Positions 38,881 through 53,965 of a stretch of 64,000 nt of DNA are shown here, piece by piece. The stretch spans positions 2,542,001-2,606,000 of the forward strand of contig OX597830.1 of assembly GCA_951406725.2 (NCBI GenBank). Direction: 5' to 3'. This DNA is from Octopus vulgaris (taxonomy: Eukaryota). Made by a program: the position numbers and the translations under genes. Position 1 is the stretch's first letter. Every line of letters starts with the position of its first letter. The notes beneath the pieces are model-generated. The model was not told the DNA's origin. It worked only from the letters and a program-made list of their open reading frames with translations, and made no database searches.

Positions 38881-41787
38881 ATCATTCCTGTCTACAAATG
38901 CCCAACAGATGACCCACAATACCAGAAAGCGATACAACTATATTTTATAAAAATTTCCAACAAAACTAAACATGCAAAACGTATATCTATATAAAACCGC
39001 GATAAATTCTTATTAAGACATTAGTTTCCCAGATGAACCAAACCAGATTATCAATGGATATTATTATCAATAGTGTTCTCATAGCTGTAACTAAAATATG
39101 GGAACTGTTAAACCATCTAAAGATCAAATGTTTCAATCGAAATACAAGTTCAAAGGAAATTAAACTTTTCATAGTTCTCTATAAAATTCCAACCACCAAA
39201 GTCTGTTCTAAATACCCATGCAATTTCCATGGGTGCAGCTATTTTATATAAATTTCCTGCATTGTTACTAATATGAATAATAAAGAATTCTTAGCTTTGA
39301 ATGGTGTGTGGCACTTGGATATTTGCAACGGAAGAGCGATGGTTTTCGGATGATTAGCTGAGGAAGAATAATGGGTTGTAATCAAGGCACAAGGTCAGAA
39401 GTTTTGAAGGGACGGATTTAGTCAACACTATTGACCCCAGTATTTGACTGGTACCTATATATTATCGATCCCTTTCTACTAACAAAACAAAAAATGAAAC
39501 AATGTTAATCTTGGCAGAATTTGACTTCAGACAATAAACTGACTGAATAAATATCTCAAAGCTTTTTCGGAACTTTCTAATAATTCTTTTTAGTTTCTTA
39601 AATATAAAGTAAACCTTTATGTTTGGGAAATCTTTGTGTGGATTTGTGTGGTCAATGCTGCATGAAAGTATCAACTCACTGATTACAATCTCTGAAAGTT
39701 ATTTGTCACGAATGATGGAATCTTGAGTTAGAGATATGTGAAGATATAAAATATTTGTCTGAGTTTCTCATTTCTTGATTCAGCAATTGGATCTTGTCTT
39801 CAATTGGAAGTTCTTCAAGAGAACATCAAAAATAAAAGACGAAAGGTCCTTCCCAAGCCATTAGCTCACAAGGTTCGTTTCCAGGATTCTGTTTCAAATG
39901 GATTTCCACACCATCCCCACCTGCCTCCACATCCAGACAAGAACACAGGTTCATCAGAAAGTCACTCCTTTATGCCAGCTGAGTGGTTTGGAGTGACATG
40001 AAATGTTTTACTCAAGAACACAATACATCACCCAATCCAGGGACTAAAACCATTATCTTACAATCATGAATGCAAAACCCTACCCACTTAACCACGGGCC
40101 TTCACCTAAGACAATATTATGGACTCTCTTATTATCATACAATGGATGAGGGTCCCACAATTTCCTGCCAAAACAGCCACAAGGATGATTTGCTTATAGT
40201 GATCAAATGTCTATGCTGTCCACTCCCCTTATCAAATCAATATTACCTGTACAGGTGCACAGGTGTGCTACATGCATGATGTTGAAATGATTGCAGAGAA
40301 AACAAGAAATGAAGTATTTTGCACTGCCTGGCCTGGGAATCGAAACCATGATATTGCAATCACTAGACTATGCACTTTCAAGAGAACACACACTGTTACA
40401 ATCAAACTGAACACAAGACTATCAAGGAGCTTCTCCAAGCCACTCAGACTGCTAGAAATAGTTGCTGAATCTCCCTCTAACCATATCTTCAAATAAGGAA
40501 GTCTGGAGCACCTTTGATTCCAGCTCTCACCTGCAGTTCAAAAATGACAACTAATTACCACCACCTAATTAACCATTAACAAACTTACATTTAAATATTC
40601 GTTCCCTAACAGTTTTCATTCTACTACAGAATGACTTTTCTTATTAATAAATAATGGCTTCTCACAGTCGGTGATGAAGGTTTGCTGTATCTGGTGAGAC
40701 ATCTACAAAGCAGCTGGAGTCAGGGGGGGGAGGCGAAAATGCAACATGAGACAGGTTAATTTTTGTTTATTGTTTCTCATATCATTATCATCCTCTTCTG
40801 TTTTTTTTATATTAATGGCCTCTGAGATTCCTGTCATCGAAGTCTTATTTCCCCCCCCCTATAACACATCAAATCATTGTGTCACCATCAAGAAACTTGT
40901 CATCCTGTAAGATTCAGGTTTAACACTGCAAAAATAGAGGAAGATGTTGGTCTTGTGGTGAGCTGGGACTCTATTCTTTTTTGTTATGCATATTTAAAGC
41001 TAAGTGCAAAGCTATCAAGTGTTAACTTTCTGAGGTGTAGATATACTTCCTACGTTGCTAAAGTGGTGTAAATACACACACACACACGCACACACACACA
41101 CGCACACACACACATGCACACACGCACACACACGCACATACATCTGTTCATAGACAAACATAAAATCACTTTGAACCATCAAAGAAAATGCTATGAAGCT
41201 GGTAGAACTGCTGGAAGTGAGCTACTGAATCTCCTTTAAATTATGCACTACAACTTAACAAAACATTGACACATTGGATAATGTACTCCTTGATATATTT
41301 TGTATGAAATTAAGATGGTGTCGCCGTGGTTTGCTTGTCTTTGATCAGAGGTGTGAGATTTCAAAGCTGAGCTGGGTTTAAATAATATCTCACAGATTCA
41401 AATATCTGAAGCCCTTTTTTATATTTAACCCCTTTTGTGTTTAAATGAAAACATTTAACTGGCCACATGCATTGTACCTTTGCAAATTGTGCAGGTACCA
41501 AAACCTAATCTTCTTTGTGGTTCATCATGGGCAAAGGTCTGGACAGGCTTTATTCCTGGAATAGAAACAATTCTCAATGCCACAAGTCTTCCATGCTACA
41601 ATTTGTCCAAGCAATTTCTTTATCATGCAACTGTGGATTCACTAAATGTGGTAGGAAGCTTACTTACCTGTCACATGGTTCCAGGTTCAATCCCACTGCA
41701 GGGGTCCTTGGGCAAGTTTCTGCTATTCTAGCTTCAGGCCAATCAAAGCCTTATGAGTGGATTTGGTAGACAGAAACTGAAAGAAAA

Positions 41788-41820
<33 letters not shown>

Positions 41821-41827
<7 letters not shown>

Positions 41828-42801
41828 GAAATGAGATAATCAGAAGATCGGATGGTTCATGTTTATAGATATTTATTTATATATTACATTTTTTACCTAT
41901 ATATATCATATCATTCAGATTATTAGCGCTTTCTCCCATTCCAGTGGGGTTTTCAAATCAAATCAATTCCTTTGTGGGGAGTTTGGTCATTTTATAGAGT
42001 TTCGTAGTAATGGGGAGGAACAAGATAGTATAAGAGGGTGAGGTAGATGAGGAGGAAGTGAGAGAGAGAACATGTGTGTATGTGTATGTGTGTGTGTGTG
42101 TGTGTGTGCGTTTGTATCTGAGGCTAAAGAGAGAAAGGGGGAAAGGGGAAGGGCGAGGGGGAGAGGGAAGAAGAAGAAGAAGAAGAAGAAGAAGAAGAAG
42201 AAGAAGAAGAAGAAGAAGAAGAAGGATTTCCATTGGCCTGTTGGACCCCCTGGGGAGTTCTAAGAATTTTAGCTCTCTGTCCATTCTGGTGTCACTGAGT
42301 GTGTGTTGGTGGGTAGGCTGGTCAGAAATTACACCTTTTGTGATTTGGGGGATGGACAAATGTCATTTGGGGTCATACTTTGTATTATCGTTTTGTGGAG
42401 GTGTGTGTGTGTGTGTCTCTGTGTGTCCGTGTGTGTTTGTGTTCGTGTGTGTGTCTCTGTGTGTTTGGAGGAGAGGAGAGAGACAAAAAGAGAAAAGGGA
42501 AAATAAAAATAAAAATAAAAATAAAAATAAAAAATAAAAAATAAATAAAAATAAGGGAGGAAATGGAGAAGAGAAAAATATATTTTTGTGTGTTGATATT
42601 TATACCACTACATATATATACACACACAGACTTATACATAAAATATTTGAAAAAAAAATGAACAGCCAAATTACACCATCTTGAAAATTGTATATCATAG
42701 GAAAGTTAAAATTAAAGTGACAATTAAAAAGTAAAGATGAAGTAAATTATAAAGATAATAATATAATGTATATAACAGGCAATATATATATATACATACA
42801 C

Positions 42802-42857
<56 letters not shown>

Positions 42858-43133
42858 AGACATATACTAAATGTTCTACTATATTAGATTGTAAATCGAA
42901 AGATGCGTCCTTCAATGTCACTTTATATATATATATATACGTGCTTATACATGAAATATTAGAAAAAAACACCTTCTATCGAATCAAAATGAACAATCAA
43001 ATTACACCATCTTGAAAATTGCATATCATAGGAAGGTTAAAATTAGAATGACAATTGGCAAGTAAAGATCAAGTAAATTACAAAAACAATATAATGTATA
43101 TAACAGGTAACATATATATACACACACACCTAC

Positions 43134-43166
<33 letters not shown>

Positions 43167-44104
43167 TATATTAAATGTTCTACTATATTATATTGTAAAT
43201 CGAAAAATTTGTCCTTCAATGTATGTTGAGTAAAGTTTCAGCCATTTAATTTGGGGGAGAACTTAGCTATGAAATGTTTTTCCATATTCCTCCTGAAGGA
43301 GGTGTCGTTCTTCGGACACTTGTAGAAGGGAAAGATCTTAAATTTTCCTTCTCCACATGTAGCTAGGTGTGTGCTTAGTGGTATTTTGCGTAGTTCTTCC
43401 TGCCGAATATGTTGTCGGTGGATCCTGGCTCGCTGGCACAAAGAATTTCCAGTTTCACCTATGTAATCCTCCTTGCACGTGGGGCAGGTTATGCAGTATA
43501 TGACGTTCTGCGTCTTGCAGTTCATATCTGCATTTACTTTGAATATGTCACCACTTTTAAATCTCATCTCTCTGTTACCCTCTATGTATTTGTAGGTGGG
43601 GTTGCTGCAGATCCCACATCTACCATCTCTGCACTCTTTTGCAAAGAATTCCGTTTTAGTTTCTGAAGAGAATTTCGCTCTTGTTAGGTGTTTTTTTAGG
43701 TTTTTGTCCTGTCGTCACTCCAGGGTTGTGTGTGTTTATAAAAGGGATAGTGTTTTCTTTGTTTTTTGTTTTGGGTGTCCTGAGTTGTGTGATGTCTAGT
43801 TTCAATGCTCTTGTGATTCCATTTTCTATTAGTTTAAGGGGGTATTTTTGCTCTAGGAGGAAGCTTTTGAGTTCATTTAGTCTTATTAATCGTATTTGTG
43901 AATCAGTTACTATGCTAAATATTCGTTGTGCCATACTATATGGGATGTTTCTTTTTGAAAACCCCACTGAAATGGGAGAAAGCGCTAATAATCTGAATGA
44001 TATGATCTGAATGATATGATGTATATATGTAAAAAATGTAATATATAAATAAATATCTATAAACATGAACCATCCGATCTTCTGATTACCTCATTTCTTC
44101 TAAT
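41821..44104 (-). mobile_element. 5'-truncated Penelope-like element (Neptune-type) with inverted terminal tails
   Basis: 41821-41957 and 43954-44104 are inverted repeats. The interior holds the RT-thumb/GIY-YIG coding region and a long microsatellite-rich 3' region with a ~250-bp duplication (~42659-42922 and ~42989-43222). (TA)n flanks both sides. Confidence 0.88.
43238..43953 (-). pseudogene. Penelope RT thumb plus GIY-YIG endonuclease (partial, frameshifted)
   Basis: 'KRNIPYSMAQRI..IV', 'YPLKLI', 'IPFINTHNP', linker 'CRDGRCGIC' and 'NVIYCITCPTCKEDYIGETG..L..R...H'. Confidence 0.88.
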
Positions 44105-44446
44105 ATATAATACCTGTACATCATCTCCAAACCTTCCAATATATATATATATATATATACATACAGTTGAGATGTGTTCTGTCAAGAACATATTAGAGTA
44201 CAAATAGAGCTTATTCACTCTTTATTCAACAAGCACACAGTGAAAATATTGTACGCAACATCTTACATCTTACAACATAAATACAACAACCAGAAATTGA
44301 ACACACAAACGTCTGCTGGTAGAGAACAAACAAATCAAAACTACACACAATTTAACACCAATAACCAAAATAAACAACAGATAGACTGCAAAATTTCAGA
44401 CAGTGAAAAAGACGGTGACAATATCATCATCATCATCATCATCATT

Positions 44447-46565
44447 TAGCGTCCGTTTTCCATGCTAGCATGGGTTGGACGGTTCAACTGGGGTCTGTGA
44501 AGCCAGAAGGCTGCATCAGGCCCAGTCTGATCTGGCAGTGTTTCTACGGCTGGATGCCCTTCCTAATGCCAACCACTCCGCGAGTGTAGTGGGTGCTTTT
44601 TACGTGCCACCCGCACAGGTGCCAGACGGAGCTGGCAAATGGCCACGAACGGATGGTGCTTTTACGTGTCACTGGCATGGGGGCCAGGCCAGGCTGGCAA
44701 CGGATACGAACGGATGGTGCTTTTACGTGCCACCAGCACGGAGGCCAGTCGGGGCAGCGCTGGCAATGGCCACGAACGGATGGTGCTTTTACGTGTCACT
44801 GGCATGGGGGCCAGGCCAGGCTGGCAACGGATACGAACGGATGGTGCTTTTACGTGCCACCAGCACGGAGGCCAGTCGGGGCAGCGCTGGCAATGGCCAC
44901 GAACGGATGGTGCTTTTACGTGTCACTGGCATGGGGGCCAGGCCAGGCTGGCAACGGATACGAACGGATGGTGCTTTTACGTGCTACCGGCACGGAGGCC
45001 AGTCGGGGTGGCGCTGGTAATGGCCACGAACGGATGGTGCATTTTACATGCCACCAGCACGGGGGCCAGGCGAGGCTGGCAACGGATACGAACGGATGGT
45101 GCTTTTACGTGCCACCAGCACGGAGGCCAGTCGGGGCAGCGCTGGCAACAGCCACAATCGGATGGTTCGCTTACTTGTCACCGGCACTGGTATCACAGCC
45201 GCAATTTTCATCGATGTTGATCGACTTCGATTTTGGTTCTGCTTTCTGATATCTGATTTGATTTTGATTTTCACTTGCCTCAACGGGTCTTCACAAGTGG
45301 AGTTTTGTGTCCCAAGAAGGAAAGGTATGTATAAGTCGACTGGCTACATACCAGGTAGAGGCCACGGGTTATGGTCTCACTAGTCTTGCCGGGTCTTCTC
45401 ACGCACAGCATACTTTCATAGGTCTCGGTCTCTAGTCATTTCCTTGGTGAGACCTAAAGTTCGAAGGTCGTGCTTCACCACCTCGTCCCAGGTTTTCCTG
45501 GGTCTACCTCTTCCACAGGTTCCCTCAACTGCTAGGGTGTGGCACTTTTGCACACAACTATCTTCAGCCATTCTCGTCACATGACCATACCAGTGCAAAC
45601 GTTTCTCTTGCACACCACAACTGATGCTTCTTAGGCCCAACTTTTCTCTCAAGGTACTTACACTCTGTCAATTATGAACACTGACATTACACATCCATCG
45701 GAGCATACTGGCTTCATTTCTTGCAAGCTTACGCATATCCTCAGCAGTCACGGCCCATGTTTCACTACCATGTAGCATGGCTGTACGTACACATGCATCA
45801 TACAGTCTGCCTTTTACTCTGAGCGAGAGGCCTTTTGTCACCAGCAGGAGTAAGAGCTCTCTAAACTTTGCCCAGGATATTCTTACTCTAGCAGTTACAC
45901 TTTAAGCACACCCACCCCCACTACTGACTTGGTCACCTAGGTAGTGGAAGCTATCAGCTACTTCTAGTTTGTCTCCCTGGAACGTGGTAGAAGTTGGTCT
46001 CTGCACATTTCCAGTGTTTATTGCACCTGAGCATCTGCCACAGACAAAAACTATTTTCCTAGTTAGCCTTCCTTTGACATTGCTGCACCTCTTATGTGTC
46101 CAAAGCTTACACTTGGTGCACCTTATAGAGTTTCTACCTACACCTTTTTTACAGATCGAGCAGGGCCATCTACCTGAAGTCGTTTGTGATTGATCTACCT
46201 TCCTACTTATTAGGACTTTGGTTTTGGCTAGGTTGATTCTAAGGCCCTTCGATTCTAATCCTTGTTTCCACACCTGAAACTTCTCCTCCAGTTCTGATAG
46301 TGACTCAGCAATTAGAGCAAGGTCATCAGCATAGAGGAGCTCCCAGGGGCATCCTGTCTTGAATACCTCCGTTATTGCCTGGAGGACTATGATAAATAGG
46401 AGGGGACTGAGGACTGAACCTTGGTGGACCCCAACCTCTACCCGGAATTCTTCACTGTATTCGTTGCCAATCCTCACCTTACTAGCAGTGTCCCTATATA
46501 TGGCCCGCACAGCTCTCACTAACCATTCATCTATCCCTAGTTTCCTCATTGACCACCAGATAAGA
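44447..46565 (-). mobile_element. 5'-truncated RTE-clade LINE
   Basis: RT motifs 'GVHQGSVLSPLLF' and 'LLYADDL', a Cys/His finger, 'RL.WYGHV.RM' and 'GRGRPRKTW'. The 3'UTR has tandem repeats and a (GAT)n tail. Confidence 0.95.
44648..45160. repeat. Higher-order tandem array (61+66 bp dimer x4) in RTE 3'UTR
   Basis: 'aacggatggtgcttttacgtg' recurs at 44648, 44709, 44775, 44836, 44902, 44963, 45029 and 45091, with two alternating spacers. Confidence 0.92.
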
Positions 46566-46569
46566 TCAT

Positions 46570-47800
46570 CCAAAAAGATTACTGATTAAACAAACCTCAG
46601 ATACTAGAAATCAAACAGAACATCATGAAAACAGTATCAAAAAGCTGCCGGATAAACTTAAGAATAATAAGAATACAATGAACTGCACATGCCGTAGAAA
46701 ATTTGCATGTCTGCTCCTGAACCAATGTGCTCAAAAAAACATAGTATATAAATGTATAATCTATGCATCTAAACATAATTACGTGTACATAGGTGCTACT
46801 GAAAACCAATTCAAAGTCCGTTATCGAAACCACATCTGATCATTCCGAAAAATAAATTGACGGCACAAGACCTGATATTGGGGCTGAATGAATCAAAAAT
46901 TAAATATCAAATAGAATGATCAAAAGTAAAAAAAAAAACGCACATCCATGTACTTCACTCTCCGGCAAATGTGACCTTTGCCTCGAGGAAGCACTGAGTA
47001 TTCTACTGAGTAATGAAAATCTAGGGAAAAAACATGATGAGAAAATTTTGAGATGTAACCATCGTGCCAAATATGCATTTTCTGGGTGGAACAGTCTATA
47101 AATTATATTATTCTATCTCACTAAACCCATTTTTGACCGTCTTCACGTCTGTGTAGGAGTGTTTATTTATGATGAAGCATTCAAAGATATGGAAGTGAGT
47201 AGATAAATGTATAAGCATCTATGTATAGATGCCAGTGTGTTTATTGATCTGTAGGTGAGTATATGTATGCGTGTGTGCATCTGGATACATGTATATATAT
47301 ATATATATATATATTTTTTATATATGCATGTATGTGTGTATGTGTCTCTGTGTGTGAGTGTATGTGTGTGTAAGTGTATGTGTGCATACATGCGTATGCA
47401 TGGAAACACTCAGAGATGTATGGTATACCGGTGTATAAGTGATTGTATAAGAATGAGCTAATGGACGAGTGTGTTTGACATAATAATACAGTTTGGCATG
47501 TGCAGAATAACATGTTGAAACTAAATAAATAAACAGACAACATACACATTGCCGCTCATGTTGAACATGATAACACACTCATACCAAGCGAATTGAAACC
47601 GTCAGTGTTTGTTAGTTTCAAGGAAGAAGCCATGGAAATCTAGATTTAACTGCTGGAGACAACAGTTAAATATCGCTTGAGAAGATACATAGAGATCTTC
47701 TTATACAGGTAAATCGTTACATAATTTAATTTAACTTTAAATCCTGTATATACATGGATCTGTATGTATCGAAACATTTCTAGTGATTATTAAAAAAACT
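46570..47800 (+). mobile_element. Decayed Naiad-type Penelope 3' end (GIY-YIG plus tail)
   Basis: From 46678: 'MNCTCRRKFACLLLNQCAQKNIVYKC...YIGATENQFKVRYRNHI*SF', then 'CDLCLEE...CNHRAKY'. A degenerate hammerhead-like fold lies at ~47672-47787 (stem GATACATAG../..TGTATGTATC-GAAA). Confidence 0.75.
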
Positions 47801-47837
47801 GCCTAACCATTCTTACTCTTCCTTTTGACTCTTTTAA

Positions 47838-50762
47838 CGTGGTGGTGGAACAATATTGTAGAGAGGGCTATTAGAGAAAAGAGCCAGGCTTGGAAGGTCT
47901 GGAAAAATGGGGGTAGCAGGGAATTGTATCAGACAGCCAAAAGAGAAGCTAGGAGACAGGTTTATTTAGCCAGAGGGGAAGCAGATGAGAAAAAAATTTG
48001 CCAATGTTCTGCGCCATGAAGACCAAAGACTGGAGGTGTTTCGCGTTGCAAGACAGTGTGTGAGAGAGAATCGTGATGTGGTAGGAGAGAAGTGTGTTCG
48101 CATGGAAGATGGTTCACTTGCGCTAAATGAGGATGCAAAGAGAGAGGTTTGGAGACACCACTATGAAAGGTTGCTGAATAAAGAAAATGAATGGGATAAA
48201 GAGAGTCTGCCGAATGTTGACCCAACAGAGGGACCAGCTACCCGAGTTGATAGTTCCGTGGTAGCTAAGGCAATTAGAAACATGAAGACAGGGAAAGCCC
48301 CAGGCCCCTCAGGAATCACTGCAGAGATGCTCAAAATGTCTGGTAGTGTCGGCTATAGCCTAGTCACCCGTATAGTTAATCAGGTGATACACAAAGGAGT
48401 CATACCCAATGACTGGTGTAGCAGCATAATAGTCAACTGCTACAAAGGTAAAGTTGACACCCTAGATACAAATAACTACAGTGGTATCAAGCTGTTGGAT
48501 CAGGTGATGAAGGTTACGGAGAGGGTCATAGCCCAACTAATTAGAGAGAGAGAGTTAGTTTAGATGAGATACAGTTTGGGTTTGTGCCAGGGAAAAGTAC
48601 CACTGATGCTATATTTCTGGTAAAGCAGCTGCAGGAGAAATACCTAGCCAAAGATAAGCCCCTGTACCTGGCTTTTGTTGACATGGAGAAAGCCTTCGAT
48701 AGGGTCCCCCGATCCCATATCTGGTGGTCAATGAGGAAACTAGGGATAGATGAATGGTTAGTGAGAGCTGTGCGGGCCATATATAGGGACACTGCTAGTA
48801 AGGTGAGGGTTGGCAACGAGTACAGTGAAGAATTCCAGGTAGAGGTAGGGGTCCACCAAGGCTCAGTCCTCAGCCCCCTCCTATTTATCATAGTCCTCCA
48901 GGCAATAACGGAGGAATTCAAGACAGGATGCCCTTGGGAGCTCCTCTATGCTGATGACCTTGCTCTAATTGCTAAGTCGCTATCAGAACTGGAGGAGAAG
49001 TTTCAGGTGTGGAAACAAGGATTAGAATCGAAGGGCCTCAGAGTCAATCTAGCTAAAACCAAAGTCGTAATCAGTAGGAAGGTAGACAAATCCCAAACGC
49101 CTTCAGGTAGATGGCCCTGCTCGATCTGTAGAAAAGGTGTAGGTAGAAACTCTATAAGGTGCACCAAGTGTAAGCTATGGACACATAAGAGGTGCAGCAA
49201 TGTCAAAGGAAGGCTAACTAGGAAGATGGTTTTTGTATGTGGCAGATGCTCAGGAACAATAAACACTGAAAATGCTCTGAGACCAACTTCCGTCACTTTC
49301 CAGGGAGAAAAACTAGAAATAGTTGATAGTTTCCGTTACCTATGAGACCAAGTCAGTAGCGGGGGTGGGTGTGCTTAAAGTGTAACTGCTAGAGTAAGAA
49401 TAGCTTGGGCAAAGTTCAGAGAGCTCTTACCCCTGCTGGTGACAAAAGGCCTCTCGCACAGAGTGAAAGGCAGACTGTATGATGCGTGTGTTAAATTTAA
49501 AGACTCCGCCGGTTACGACGACGAGGGTCCCAGCTGATACGATCAACGGAACAGCTTGCTCGTGAAATTAACGTGCAAATGGCTGAGCATTCCACAGACA
49601 CGTGTACCCTTAACGTAGTTCTCGGGGATAATCAGCGTGACACAGAGAGTGACAAGGCTGATCCTTTGAAATACAAGTACAACTCATTTTTGCCAGCTGA
49701 GTGGACTGGAGCAACGTGAAATAAAGTGTCTTGCTCAAGGACACAACGCGTCGCCGGGAATCGAACTCACAACCTTACGATCATGAGCCGAATGCCCTAA
49801 CCACTAAGCCACGTGCCCTCACCTGATGCGTGTGTACGAACAGCCATGCTACATGGCAGTGAAACATGGGCCGTGACTGCTGAGGATATGCGTAAGCTCG
49901 CAAGAAATGAAGCCAGTATGCTCCGAAGGATGTGTAATGTCAGTACTCATACTCGGCAGAGTGTAAGTACCTTGAGAGAAAAGCTGGATCTAAGAAGCAT
50001 CAGTTGTGGTGTGCAAGAGAGACGTTTGCGCTGGTATGGTCATGTGGCGAGAATGGATGAAGATAGTTGTGTGAAAAAGTGCCATACCCTAGCGGCTGAG
50101 GGAACCTGCGGAAGAGGCAGACCCAGGAAAACCTGGGACGAGGTGGTGAAGCACGACCTTCGAACTTTAGGTCTCACTGAGGAAATGACTAGAGACCGAG
50201 ACCTCTGGAAGTGTGCTGTGCGCGAGAAGACCCGGCAGGACAAGTGAGTCCATAACCCGTGGCCTTCTACATGGGATGGAGCCAGCCTACGTATGCATAC
50301 CTTCCCTTCTTGGGACACAAAACTCTACTTGTGAAGACCTGTTGAGGCAAGTGAGGATCAGAATTGAAATCGATCAATGGAAATTGCAGATGTGTTACCA
50401 TTGCCAGTGGCATGTAAGGGAACTATCCGTTCGCGACCGTTGCCAGCCCCACCCTGACTGGCCTCGTGCCGGTGGCATGTAAAAAGCACCATCCGTTCGT
50501 GTCTGTTGCCAGCCTCGCCTGGCCCCCGTGCCGGTGGCACATAAAAAGCACCATCCATTCGTGGCCGTTTGCCAGCTCTGTCTGGCACCTGTGCGGGTGG
50601 CATGTAAAAGCACCCACTACACTCACGGAGTGGTTGGCGTTAGGAAGGGCATCCAGCCGTAGAAACACTGCCAGATCTGACTGGGCCTGATGAAGCCTTC
50701 TGGCTTCACAGACCCCAGTTGAACCGTCCAACCCATGCTAGCATGGAAAACAGACGCTAAAC
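47838..50762 (+). mobile_element. 5'-truncated RTE-clade LINE interrupted by a SINE
   Basis: 'WWWN', 'GKAPGPSGI', 'AFVDMEKAFDRV', 'GVHQGSVLSP', 'YADD', a PHD-like finger and a C-terminus at 49824-50247. It has one frameshift (~48550), stops at 49343 and 49376, and a (GAT)n tail to ~50809. Confidence 0.95.
49492..49823 (-). mobile_element. Complete young tRNA-derived SINE with 12-bp TSD
   Basis: TSD TGATGCGTGTGT at 49480-49491 and 49824-49835. The minus strand has A box TGGCTTAGTGG and B box GTTCGATTCC, with CpGs intact. Confidence 0.92.
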
Positions 50763-50811
<49 letters not shown>

Positions 50812-50824
50812 CTCAAAGAAAACT

Positions 50825-50860
50825 GCCTGATGAACAGGAACGTGAAACTCTGAGCAAAAG
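50825..50860 (+). ncRNA. Decayed hammerhead-like motif
   Basis: tgc-CTGATGA-acaggaacgt-GAAA-CTCTGAG. The cleavage triplet is missing. Confidence 0.3.
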
Positions 50861-51618
50861 ATTTTGTGATGTTTTTGCAGCTTTATTAATAAAGCATATT
50901 ACTCCATCACTGGTATTTGAGTCCTACTTTTATTCCACCCTGTTTCACATTTATGTCGTTAATCTGGTATATACATGTGTATGTGTGTGTGTGCATGCAC
51001 ATGCATGTGTGTGTCTGTGTTTGTCTCCCACCACAGCTTCACAAATGGTGTTGGTATGTTATACATCCCTGTTAATTCGGCAAGTGACTGATGAATAAGT
51101 ACCAAGCTTTAAACACATTTACTGAGCTCCATGCATTTGACTAGAAAACAGTTCTTCAAGGTGGTGCCCCAGTATGGCCACAGTGTAATATATGAGACAA
51201 GTAAAAGATAACAAGTAAAGAATAACTGTTTCTCTTCATAATTTAAACAAAATTTAAGACTGAGCAAGTCAAAGTCAATATCGCAAATAGGCCATTAGCA
51301 TTGATTTGACTAATTAGGTTAAGGGTTAAGTATTGACTATAATAAATTTTAATGAATTCAATTTCTTTTTTTTTTATTTTTATTAAAAAATACTGCTTGG
51401 TGACTAATAATTGGTGAAGTTCTCGTGACCAATTTCCTTAACAAAATTAATAAGAAGCAACATAAGAAACCGTAATGATATCCCAAAAGAGAAAAAGAAT
51501 TTCCCAGTTCACATCTCTTTTCTCTTCAAATATTAATGTCTAAAGCATTTATAGATATTTATACTGTTTCAATCTACATAAGTTACTGCTCTTTATTACA
51601 CACACACACAAGCATTAT

Positions 51619-51690
<72 letters not shown>

Positions 51691-51879
51691 CTGTGTATGT
51701 TTGCAGAGATACTGTTGTGTGCTTGTTGGTCAATATATATTCTTACGTGTATAGCTATTTATGTTTATATCAGTGCACATTGGTAATTCTCGCTCATTGA
51801 GATATGCATATTCACAAAAGCTTTATATTTATATTAATATATAATTATATGCCTACATGAATACATGTACACATACGTG

Positions 51880-53965
<2,086 letters not shown>

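Noticed and set aside
40661-40720. Possible micro-exon (cacag...gtgaga)
   Set aside because: The polypyrimidine tract is weak, there is no recognisable peptide, and such a pattern is expected by chance.
44590-45190. CRISPR-like repeat/spacer pattern and long ORFs in three frames
   Set aside because: The spacers are not unique (two alternate), there are no cas genes, and the array sits in a LINE 3'UTR. The ORFs arise from a stop-poor repeat unit.
46837-46839. In-frame TGA in the Naiad GIY-YIG as possible selenocysteine
   Set aside because: It is not at a conserved Cys position and the copy is otherwise frameshifted, so it is most likely a nonsense mutation.
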